Shown here: positions 11,105 to 19,851 of the stretch, in pieces
Layout of the letters: the number at the start of each line of letters is the position of its first letter
Numbering within the stretch: the first letter of the stretch is position 1
From: Candidatus Binatia bacterium
GTDB taxonomy: Bacteria; Desulfobacterota; Binatia; UBA9968; CAXXLF01
Reading direction: 5' to 3'
Assembly (NCBI GenBank): GCA_963664015.2
Contig: CAXXLF010000002.1
Span: 1,824,001-1,888,000, forward strand
DNA length: 64,000 nucleotides
Notes under the pieces: generated by a model
Told to the model about the DNA's origin: nothing
The model's input: the letters and a program-made list of their open reading frames with translations, nothing else
The model's database searches: none
Made by a program: the position numbers and the translations under genes

Positions 11105-11247
11105 TCCACCAGTTCTATTTGGCCCCTGGTTTTTCTTCCTTAATAAAAGTGTGGACCAATCGGGGGATGGCGCCGCAGCTAGAGCACCTGGGGGATTCGG
11201 GCTTGGTCCCGTCCGGATTCCTCATGAACCGTAAATAAAAGGGCTTT
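11105..11247. repeat. 143-bp direct repeat, copy 1 (3' part of the zinc-ribbon gene at 17325-17528)
   Basis: Aligns to 17315-17457 with 4 mismatches. Confidence 0.95.
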
Positions 11248-11524
11248 ATGGATAAGGCGCAGTTCCGAGGAATATCCCTTCCAGATGAGGTCAAACTCAT
11301 GGAGAAGATCACGCCAGGGGGGGGAGGCCTTTTTCAGCAAGAAAATATCCCTTGATGACGAGCTGGCCACCCATGAAAAATGCCTACTTTTAGGGGCACT
11401 CAAGAAGACAAACGGGGTTCAGAATAAGGCTGCCGAACTTTTCGGCATTAATTACTGCTCCTTTCGGTACAGGCTTGCAAAATATGGGCTTTTGAGCTTA
11501 AAAAGCCACGGTCTGACCGAATAA
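11248..11524 (+). pseudogene. pilR: C-terminal Fis-type HTH remnant of a sigma54 response regulator (PilR)
   Basis: ISLDDELATHEKCLLLGALKKTNGVQNKAAELFGINYCSFRYRLAKYGL, immediately upstream of pilA. Receiver and AAA+ domains absent. Confidence 0.75.
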
Positions 11525-11713
11525 GAAGGCTCGGCCTGATAACATGTCCTGTCACATTAGGCGTACACCTAATTTGTCACCGTCATATTGATATGCCGCA
11601 TTTTGTCGGTTACAAATTATTGCACCACTTTATGTTATGGGGCAAGTGACTGATTTCGTTGGTTATACGGGATTCCCCCAGTTCAAAATATTTGTACCTC
11701 CCACAAAATGGCA

Positions 11714-11729
11714 TGGCCCAAAATTTGCG
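11714..11729 (+). promoter_or_regulatory. Sigma54 (-24/-12) promoter of pilA
   Basis: TGGCCCAAAATTTGCG fits TGGCACN5TTGC spacing. Several TGTC motifs at about 11545-11610 are candidate activator sites. Confidence 0.75.
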
Positions 11730-11857
11730 ATAACCCAAAGCACGCCCCAAAGGGCGCCTACATCAAGCGGAGAGTAGGAGGTGAGCATTCTATAGCGTTC
11801 CGTTTAGGGCCAAGAGAGGTAAAAATTGAACAAAAACCAAAAAAAGGAGAAATAGTC

Positions 11858-12247
11858 ATGGATAAACTAGGAAAGATGCAATCAGAGGGTGGATTTTCCC
11901 TCATCGAGGTACTGGTCGTTATCGCGATTATCGTTATTCTGGCGGCTATCGCTATCCCGGAAATTGCGGCTCATAGGAGAAGGGGCTATGACGCTGACGT
12001 CAAGTCTAACCTGGAGAACGCCGCTAAAGCTGAAGAGGCCTATTTTGTTAATAACGATACCTATACGAGTACGATCACCCCTGCCGCTTTGCCAGGGTAC
12101 CACCAGAGTTCCAATGTCACCATGTCAGGGGCCTCGTCTGCCACGACGTTTATCATTACAGGTGCCGTTACTACAGGTTGCAGTAGTGGAGGTAACTGGA
12201 GTATCAGTAGCGCAACGGGAATAATTGCCGGCACACCGTGCGATTAA
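11858..12247 (+). CDS. pilA: Type IVa major pilin
   Basis: RBS AAGGAG; leader MDKLGKMQSEGG|FSLIEVLVVIAIIVILAAIAIP with E5 and P22; C-terminal cysteine pair. Confidence 0.93.
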   Translation: MDKLGKMQSEGGFSLIEVLVVIAIIVILAAIAIPEIAAHRRRGYDADVKSNLENAAKAEEAYFVNNDTYTSTITPAALPGYHQSSNVTMSGASSATTFIITGAVTTGCSSGGNWSISSATGIIAGTPCD

Positions 12248-12291
12248 TCTACCCTGATTGACAATTGGGTTTCATCTTCAAACCCAACAGG

Positions 12292-12323
12292 GGGAGGGCT
12301 TTCGCCCTCCCGCCTCTTCTTTC
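12292..12323 (+). terminator. Hairpin/terminator after pilA
   Basis: GGGAGGGC-TTTC-GCCCTCCC followed by a pyrimidine run. Confidence 0.65.
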
Positions 12324-12381
12324 ATTGACCTAGCAAATTTCCGGGAACACTTCCCCACATTCTACTTTTCACCACTGCTCC

Positions 12382-14757
12382 ATGAACGGCAAAAATCCTA
12401 TTGCCAGACCAGACTACTTAGCTTTTCTGCTTCTTCTCGCCTCGGTCATCTGGTTTGACCGCGAAATGATAAGCACGAACCTAGTCCCATTTTTTCGTGA
12501 CTTGGGCCCAATGTTTTACCCTATGCGGTTCAGCCTGGCGGAGAGTTTCAAGGCAGGTGAGCTTCCTCTCTGGGATCGGCATATGGGAATGGGCTTTCCC
12601 TTACTGGCAAATTTTCAATCGGGGGTCTTTTATCCGCCTAACCTTATATATCTCATCTTACCTTTCTTCACGGCCGTAAGATCCCTTTTTTTATTGCACT
12701 ACCTCATTGCTGCCACTGGGTGCTACCTGCTTATTCGCCAGTGGAAATACCCTCCCTATCTCGCCATTTTAGGTTCCCTCCTCTTCACTCTAGGCGGGAC
12801 TGTTGTTTCCCTGAGCAACCTGTTGAATCACTTTCAAACAGCCGTATGGCTCCCCTGGGTAATTTACATGGGGGAACGAGCTATTCGCACCGCCTCCTGG
12901 AAGAGTTTCGTTGGACTTACCGTTGCATTGCTGGTGCAATTCCTTGCAGGATCGCCCGAACTCTACGCTATGAGCATGGGGCTACTTTTAGTAGATGGGC
13001 TGACGATCAAGGCGGTGGAAGGAAATCTTCCTCACCAGAAAACACTCTTAATTCTCGTAGCAGCCAATGTCCTGACCGTGGGTCTGGCCATGGTTCAGAT
13101 TCTACCTACAGTTGAACTTTTTCAGGAGTCGCGGGGAAGTGTTTCTGTTCCTTACTCCATTGCCTCATTATGGTCTCTTCGTCCCATGAGTTTATTCAAT
13201 ATCTTTTTCCCTTATGGGGAAGTCGACCCAAGCCTTGTCAGTGGGACGCGCTTGTTCTTTAGCTCCGATATCCCCTTTCTCGTTTCTCACTACATGGGGG
13301 CCATTTCCCTCTTTGGCCTCTATCTTTCGTTTTATTATTGCTCGGTCAAGGAGAAAAGCCTTCTTTTCGGAATCCTTGGATTATCAATAATCTTGGCGCT
13401 GGGCGATCATACCCCAGTTTATCCCTTCCTGTATCGTTTGGTTCCCTTTTTTAGCGTGTTTCGGTATCCGGAGAAATTTTTCTTTTTGACGCACGCTGTT
13501 CTCGTTTTCGTGACCCTGCGAGGGCTAAATGGATTGCTCAGAGAAGATCATCCTCCCCCCAGAGGTTCCATGTTCGTGACCTGCTCGCTCTTTCTCCTAT
13601 TACCCCTGCTGTATCTATTCATCAATCTAGAGACGTCGTTTTTCACCCGTTTGATTGTATCGGCCACTCAGTCCTCACTGGCTTTTCCAGCTGGGGGTAA
13701 GAGCGCATCCGGTTTCCTCTTTTATCTAGAGAGACAAATGTTTCTCGTAATGGGGATTCTGCTCCTGCTCGTTCTATGGAAAAAAGGGAAACTCCGGAGT
13801 GTCTTGTTCCAGCCCCTCATCGTCGCTCTGGTGTTCCTCGATCTTAGCTCAGCCAACCGGTCGTACCGATATCTTTTGGACCCTAGTTTCGTTTTCCACG
13901 GCGAGAAGACCATCTCCTCCCGGGACCCTGAACCTCACCGTATCTTTTTTTATCCCGGCACTTCCAGCCTTCATCCATCTGAGTATGTTACCTATGAAGG
14001 GCAGTCCTTTGCCGAGCTCAATTTTCTCAGTTACAAAAAACTCGTGCCATACACCGATATCTTTCATGGATTCGATTATATGCAAGTGTTGGATCCCCTT
14101 AGGACTTGGCCCTATGTCGTTTTCTTGTACGTAGCCGACCAACTCCCCCCTGCCGCTCTGTTCCGTTTACTGGGTACGTTGAATGTGAAGTACGTCATCG
14201 GCCCCAATTCATTACCTCCAGGCAATATTTCTCTTGTCCGTCACATTCCCGAATTTCCGGCATGGCTCTACAGAATAAACGATGAGGTTCCAAGAGCCTA
14301 TGTAGTAACCAAGGCGACTGCAGAAACAGACGCGGTAACAGTTTTGAAGCGGTTGTCGAGCCCGGATTTTGAACCGCTACGAGAGGTCATCCTTGAGCGG
14401 TCTTTTCTGATCCCGACCCATGGGGACTCCCGCTCTCAACCCGAGATCGTTCACTACTCAAATCAATCTGTGACCCTCAAGGCCTCTCTCAATGGTGCGG
14501 GGTTTCTGGTGCTGGCGAATTTCTTTTATCCAGGTTGGCGAGTCTATGTGGATGGGATGGAAAAGGAAGTTCTTCGAGCGAACCTTTTCTTTCGAGCTGT
14601 TTCCCTTCCAACGGGCGAACACTTGGTGGAGTTTCGCTATCAGCCTCTTTCGTTCACCATCGGCTTAGCCATATCCCTGATAACCTTTGTTGGGACCCTG
14701 CTTGGGTTTCTTTTCTATCATTATCGTTATTCGAGATCGTCCGGAGAAATAAGATAA
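12382..14757 (+). CDS. YfhO-family multi-pass membrane protein (GT-C-fold glycosyltransferase-like)
   Basis: FRD...FYP, GELPLWD...GFPLLANFQSGVFYPPN, many TM helices, C-terminal YPGWRVYVDG...RAV...GEH.VEFRY. Confidence 0.85.
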   Translation: MNGKNPIARPDYLAFLLLLASVIWFDREMISTNLVPFFRDLGPMFYPMRFSLAESFKAGELPLWDRHMGMGFPLLANFQSGVFYPPNLIYLILPFFTAVRSLFLLHYLIAATGCYLLIRQWKYPPYLAILGSLLFTLGGTVVSLSNLLNHFQTAVWLPWVIYMGERAIRTASWKSFVGLTVALLVQFLAGSPELYAMSMGLLLVDGLTIKAVEGNLPHQKTLLILVAANVLTVGLAMVQILPTVELFQESRGSVSVPYSIASLWSLRPMSLFNIFFPYGEVDPSLVSGTRLFFSSDIPFLVSHYMGAISLFGLYLSFYYCSVKEKSLLFGILGLSIILALGDHTPVYPFLYRLVPFFSVFRYPEKFFFLTHAVLVFVTLRGLNGLLREDHPPPRGSMFVTCSLFLLLPLLYLFINLETSFFTRLIVSATQSSLAFPAGGKSASGFLFYLERQMFLVMGILLLLVLWKKGKLRSVLFQPLIVALVFLDLSSANRSYRYLLDPSFVFHGEKTISSRDPEPHRIFFYPGTSSLHPSEYVTYEGQSFAELNFLSYKKLVPYTDIFHGFDYMQVLDPLRTWPYVVFLYVADQLPPAALFRLLGTLNVKYVIGPNSLPPGNISLVRHIPEFPAWLYRINDEVPRAYVVTKATAETDAVTVLKRLSSPDFEPLREVILERSFLIPTHGDSRSQPEIVHYSNQSVTLKASLNGAGFLVLANFFYPGWRVYVDGMEKEVLRANLFFRAVSLPTGEHLVEFRYQPLSFTIGLAISLITFVGTLLGFLFYHYRYSRSSGEIR

Positions 14758-15105
14758 ATGTGTGGTATCTACGGATAGACTTCTCTTAAACAACCGGTGG
14801 AAGAAAACGTCCTAGCCCGTATGGGCGAGGCTCTGGAACATCACGGTTCCGACAACCACGGTCAAAAGAGTTTTCGGTCGGGAGACCTATCGGTGGGTTT
14901 AGGCCACGAAAGACTCAGCATTATCGACCTCTCCCCGGCAGCCAGTCAGCCCATGACCAACGAAGATGATAGTATCTGGCTTGTTTTTAATGGTGAAATC
15001 TACAACTTCAAGGAGCTTAGGACAGAATTGGAGCAGAGAGGCCACCGATTTAAATCCAGCTCAGATTCAGAAGTCATTATTCATCTCTACGAAGAAAGAG
15101 GACCC
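14758..15105 (+). pseudogene. asnB: Asparagine synthase (glutamine-hydrolysing) N-terminal fragment
   Basis: MCGIYG* (TAG at 14776), then GHERLSIIDLS...QPM...VFNGEIYNF...SDSEVIIHLYEE; ends abruptly, fused in frame to unrelated sequence. Confidence 0.8.
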
Positions 15106-16160
15106 CAATGGACCGAATATCTGAGAGGGTTTCGCGACACGATGGGGCATTTTCAGATTGGCCATCCGGCATTTCTAATGGGCCAGTATTCGGTAACAGG
15201 ATGGTGGTATTATTTCCCTATGGCGGTTCTACTAAAAATTCTCATCCCTTTGTTAGTCTCTGAATTGATGGCTCTTTTCTTTTATAGCTTTGCCAAAAAA
15301 ACAAGCGGGGTATTTTCTCTTACTGCCTGTGGGTGTGATAATGGCGTCCGCTCTGCTGAGGCACATTAATGTAGGGATCAAGCACGTTCTACCCATATTG
15401 TCCATTGCTAATTGTGATGGCCAGCAGTATTACAACAATCCGAAATAGTCGCCCACGTGTCTTTGCTTCCAGTTTCGCTGGGTTGGGACTCTGGTGCGTT
15501 GTCTCAACCGTCTCTATCTTCCCAAGCTATCTGGCTTATTTTAACGAGTTTATTGGGCCGGAAAAGGGGTATCGGTATCTCGTGGATTTCAACCTGGATG
15601 GGGGGCAGGACCTCAAGAGGCTCAAGCAATTTATAGATGAAAAAGAGCTGGATCAGATCTATCTGCACTACTTTGGCACCGCCGAGCCCTGTTACTATGG
15701 AATTCACTCGATTGACTTACCTGGCTCGTTCAACCATTGTGGACGGTCCAATGATAAACTCGCGAGATTCCTCGCCATCAGCGCGACCCATCTTCAATCG
15801 GTCTATCTCCCCAATAAGGCATCCTACGATTGGATATTGAAGCAGGAACCCGTCACGCGGATCGGTTACTCGATTTTTGTCTACGACATCAAAGAAAATG
15901 TCCATAACAACTTTGGGATTCTCTACCTAAAAGAGGGTCAGACTAAACGGGCCCTGGAAGAGTTTAAGCGGGTCCTCGAACTCCTGCCAGGGGAGGCGAC
16001 AGCATATGTCAACGTTGGCTTTGCCCATGCCCGCCTGGCGGCCTTTTAGGAGGCGGAGCAAGCCTATGAGAGGGCATTGCCACTGGACCCACAAAACAAG
16101 ATTGCACAGGCCGGGCTAGAAGGGGTCAAGCGCCTAAGAAAATCCACCCAGGCGCTCTGA
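15106..16160 (+). pseudogene. C-terminal part of a GT-C (ArnT/PMT-like) glycosyltransferase with TPR tail, frameshifted
   Basis: GHPAFLMGQYS..GWWYYFP...K, YLAYFNE..G...YLVD.NLD.GQDL, then TPR continuing through TAG 16047 (EAEQAYERAL.LDP). Confidence 0.7.
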
Positions 16161-16193
16161 ACCGGGGAAACTCTGATCCCCTACTATTGCTAA

Positions 16194-17253
16194 GTGAAAT
16201 CTATCTTTAAACCTGTACTCGGGATATTCGTTGCCTCATCGCTCCTCTATTGTTTTTCTTCTCCTGGAGTGGACAATGATCTTTGGGGCCATCTCTTTTT
16301 TGGGCGTGAGATCGTTTAAAGAGGGACCCTCCCCTTAATCAACCTTTATTCGCACACGACTCCCGATCATCCTTGGGTGAACCACGAATGGTTAGCGGCG
16401 GTTATCTTTCATGGAGTTTATTCTACCCTAGGGTCCCCCGGTCTGATTCTGCTCAAGGTTCTCATCGGCAGTAGCATTGTTTGCATGCTGAATGGAATCA
16501 TCGTAAAGCGGGACCCCTTCAATTTGGGGCCGAGCCTTCACGCTGGTATGGGTCATGGCGCTTCTCTCTCCCGGGTTTCACATCCGCCCGCAAATTTTCA
16601 CTTATTTCCTATTCACCGTTTTTCTCTACGTTTTTCATCGGTGCAAAGAAAAAGGACCCGGTGCGCGTGTTTTGTGGATCTCCGGTGCCCTTTGTCTTCT
16701 CGCTTTGGTGGTCAATCCCTATGGATTGGAGCTGTTGCGCTTCTTATGGCGAGACCTTCGTATTGACCGTCCTATCACCGAGTGGGATCCAGTCCCGCGC
16801 TGGAACCTATCGTTCCTCGAAATCCAGATAGCCTTTCTGGTTGTTCTTTCCTCGATCAGAAAAATCTCCTGGATCAAATGGGATTTTGTCTTAACCCTGT
16901 TCACCGTATTTCTGGCCTTTCGTCATCAGCGTCGCACGCCGCTTTTTGCCCTTGCAGCGGCGCCTTTCCTGGCTCAGGGGTTGGAGACGATCATTCGAGC
17001 CGTCGGGACGGTTCTCGCAAAAGGGAAACAAACCAAACTGTCACTTCCAGCACAGGGGGTCTTCGTTGCGGGTATCCTGGTTGTCGCCACTGTGCAGCTG
17101 GTGTGGTTGGGCAGGATTCACTGGACGAATCGTTTTCAGCTCACCGTAAGTCCGTCCGAATACCCGTTACAGGCGGCCGACTTTTTAAAGCGCAACCGAA
17201 TTATCGGAAATATTGTCGTTCCCCAGGTCCCATCGATCTACTTCTCGGGGTAG
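16194..17253 (+). pseudogene. Fragmented GT-C-like membrane protein
   Basis: DNDLWGHLFFGREIV*...WVNHEWL, then after a frameshift IRPQIFT, VNPYG, ITEW.P, RHQR.TPLF; truncated at the 3' end. 5' boundary approximate. Confidence 0.65.
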
Positions 17254-17314
17254 GCGAGGCGGTGGGGCGAGCTGGAGCATCAGGGACCAGGCCTGAGGCA
17301 GTTGATTCTTCAGT

Positions 17315-17457
17315 TCCACCAGTTCTATTTGGCCCCTGGTTTTTCTTCCTTGATAAAAGTGTGGACCAATCGGGGGATGGCGCCGCAGCTAGAGCATCTG
17401 GGGGATTCGGGTTTGGTCCCGTCCGGATTCCTCATGAACCGCAAATAAAAGGGCTTT
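17315..17457. repeat. 143-bp direct repeat, copy 2
   Basis: Matches 11105-11247. Confidence 0.95.
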
Positions 17458-17528
17458 TCGGTTCCCACATACTCATCGTAGTAAAAGGCAAGTTTGCCGC
17501 ACTCACTGCACTGAAGGTATCGCGCCAT
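17325..17528 (-). CDS. Small zinc-ribbon protein (67 aa)
   Basis: RBS GGAG; MARYLQCSECGK...RCSSCG with two CxxC motifs; starts just after the dioxygenase stop. Confidence 0.75.
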   Translation of the reverse strand: MARYLQCSECGKLAFYYDEYVGTEKPFYLRFMRNPDGTKPESPRCSSCGAIPRLVHTFIKEEKPGAK

Positions 17529-17541
17529 CTGATTGGTTCTC

Positions 17542-18651
17542 CTAGTGTTTGATTTCCAATGTACTCGTGACGGTTTGGTGCCCACCGTTTTCCCTGTAGG
17601 GCTCCTCACGGTACAAGCCCAGGGCTTTCATTACGGGGATATCCTGGATGGAAAAAAGGATGGTATCTGCGCCACTATCGTTGGCGTGTTCATGCCAGGC
17701 CCAGGGAGGAATAACGAAAAAGTCGCCCGGCTCCCAGTTTAGGCGCTGGCCGTTGATAATAGTGCTACCGCTCCCTTCAAATACGTGATAGACGGTGCTG
17801 TTTACCTGCCGATGGGTCTTGGTGTGGACTCCGGCTCGAATGAGTTGAATCGTACAGCCCATAGTCGGAAAGACAGGTCCCCCGGTGTTAGGGTTCAAAT
17901 ACTCGAAACAGATATCGTCGTAAGGGCTTGCAGGGCCCTCCCCAATCCGCTTCAAGGCTTCATAGGTAGGCTCCCATTTGTAGTTGAGCAGGGGAGAGTC
18001 GTCTGTTTCCTGGTTCTCCCAGGTGGGGCGTAGATAAGGTCCGCAAAATTTCGTTTCCGAGTCATTGACTGTTGTAACGGGAAACCGGTGCTCTGGATAG
18101 GGCTCGAAGAAAACAGCGTCCAGATCTCCGACCAGAGGAAGGTCCAGACCGTCCATCCAAATGGTTGGCTGGTCCGACTCGCATCCGTGATCATGCCACG
18201 TCCAGTTGGGGGTCAAAACCAGGTCCCCCCGGCTCATCATACATTTATCACCGTTGACGTTGGTATAAGTGCGCTCCCCTTCGATGATAAACCGAATCGC
18301 CGAGGGTGTATGGCGGTGACATGGGGCAATCTCTCCGGGTTGTACGATCTGGACGGCGGCCCATAGAGTCTGGGTCGCAGCGCATTTACCCCCAAGACCT
18401 GGATTGACCAGCGCCAGAACCCTCCTCTCCCCACCGCGCTCGATGGGAACCAGGTCTGCAGCACGATAAGCCAAATCGCGCAACTCGGATCCTTTCCAAA
18501 GATGGGGTTGAACCTTGGTTTGGGGTTCGGGAGGGAGGAGGCGGCCGGTGACATTCCACAGCGCCACCAGGTGCTTTCTGTCGAGCTCCTTGTAAAACTC
18601 CTCACTCTTTTTATCAACGTGTGTGTTGCCAGGTACTTTTCGCTTAGCCAT
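17542..18651 (-). CDS. Gentisate 1,2-dioxygenase-family bicupin
   Basis: ERRVLALVNPGL, HRHTPSAIRF, LTPNWTWHDH, WMDGLDLP, PPWAWHEH; start ATG 18651 with RBS GGAGG. Confidence 0.9.
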   Translation of the reverse strand: MAKRKVPGNTHVDKKSEEFYKELDRKHLVALWNVTGRLLPPEPQTKVQPHLWKGSELRDLAYRAADLVPIERGGERRVLALVNPGLGGKCAATQTLWAAVQIVQPGEIAPCHRHTPSAIRFIIEGERTYTNVNGDKCMMSRGDLVLTPNWTWHDHGCESDQPTIWMDGLDLPLVGDLDAVFFEPYPEHRFPVTTVNDSETKFCGPYLRPTWENQETDDSPLLNYKWEPTYEALKRIGEGPASPYDDICFEYLNPNTGGPVFPTMGCTIQLIRAGVHTKTHRQVNSTVYHVFEGSGSTIINGQRLNWEPGDFFVIPPWAWHEHANDSGADTILFSIQDIPVMKALGLYREEPYRENGGHQTVTSTLEIKH

Positions 18652-18802
18652 TGGTTGCCTCCATTGGGCAAAATAGCAGAATTGAAATTTCCACGCTAGG
18701 GGACAAGACCTGCCCCGTTCCCACGGATGCTGGCAGTCGTTACCGTGAGGACCAAACGCGGCCCCCATGGGTGAGGTGACCACTGTGCCGTCGGTCCGGC
18801 AG

Positions 18803-19744
18803 TTAGAGGCCCGGGATACTTTTCAGTTTGATTCGTTTTCTGCGCACTTGGTCCATTACATAACGGGCTACGGCCAAGTCCTCGTCTGCAATACCGTTGG
18901 ACTGAAACAGGATTCTTTGGGAACGTCGTGGGGCCTTAGGCCTGCTGACGATCCTTTCCAGAGGAACAACCTTTTCCCATTTGAGGGCCCCAGCATTGCA
19001 AGCGGCAATCAGGTCACCGCTACCCCCCTTTGCGGTGGGAACATCGTCAGTGACCACGAGATCCATCCGCCGTATCAGCTTCGTAGAAACCTCGTGGCGC
19101 AGGTCACTGTTTGCTCCGATCGTAATAACAAGCGCTTCTTCTTTCAAACGAGCTCCCCCTATCACAGGAGTGGTCGAATTCGTAGCCAATGCGACGATGT
19201 CCGACTCCTTTTCAATCTTATCGATGGAAGGGCATTCCCTAAGCTCCACTGCCAGGTTTTGACTCATGCGCGAGATGAATTCTTTGAGCCTTTTTCTATG
19301 GCGACCAAAAACAAGCACTTGTTTTATTCGGCAGGTTCGTACAATAGCCTCTAATTGGTATGCGGCCTGTTTACCGGTTCCGATGAGGCCCAATACTGAC
19401 GCGCCCCTTGGTGCGAGATACCGGGCCGCCACGCCGCTTGCCGCACCGGTACGCAGGCTACTCAGGTACCGCGCGTTGAGCACCAGGCTGATTTCTCCGG
19501 TCCGCCCGTTGTAAAGGGTAATCGTATTTGCCCCGCCCATGTATGCTCTCAGGCAGATTATATCCCGGTCCTGTTGCCACGCGGCCATGATATTGAGCTG
19601 TCGAGCGCGAGCGCTGAGCCGTCTACGGGGAAGGCTCCGCACTTTGCCCGCCGCCCGGTCGCGAAAAATGCGCTCTACGACTCTCAGGGCGCTTGCCATA
19701 TCGATTAGCTTTCTCGTATGGTGTTCGTCAATAACATAGGGCAT
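18803..19744 (-). CDS. Ornithine cyclodeaminase/mu-crystallin family protein
   Basis: LRTGAASGVAARYLA, GLIGTGKQA, SNGIADEDLA. Confidence 0.9.
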   Translation of the reverse strand: MPYVIDEHHTRKLIDMASALRVVERIFRDRAAGKVRSLPRRRLSARARQLNIMAAWQQDRDIICLRAYMGGANTITLYNGRTGEISLVLNARYLSSLRTGAASGVAARYLAPRGASVLGLIGTGKQAAYQLEAIVRTCRIKQVLVFGRHRKRLKEFISRMSQNLAVELRECPSIDKIEKESDIVALATNSTTPVIGGARLKEEALVITIGANSDLRHEVSTKLIRRMDLVVTDDVPTAKGGSGDLIAACNAGALKWEKVVPLERIVSRPKAPRRSQRILFQSNGIADEDLAVARYVMDQVRRKRIKLKSIPGL

Positions 19745-19851
19745 AGGGCTGTTCCTGCCTATTCCGAAATTTGTTTGGATTGAACTCGGGTTGTAATTTG
19801 CGCTCCCTTACAGTCGAACTATCAAAATATCAAACAAGGGGCGACTAAGGA

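Noticed and set aside
11115-11312. Second complete zinc-ribbon gene
   Set aside because: Only the 3' part is duplicated; the first CxxC and the RBS are missing, and the 5' part is antisense pilR remnant.
11708-11857. Long N-terminal extension of pilA from the ORF track
   Set aside because: It overlaps the sigma54 promoter; the RBS and prepilin leader support ATG 11858.
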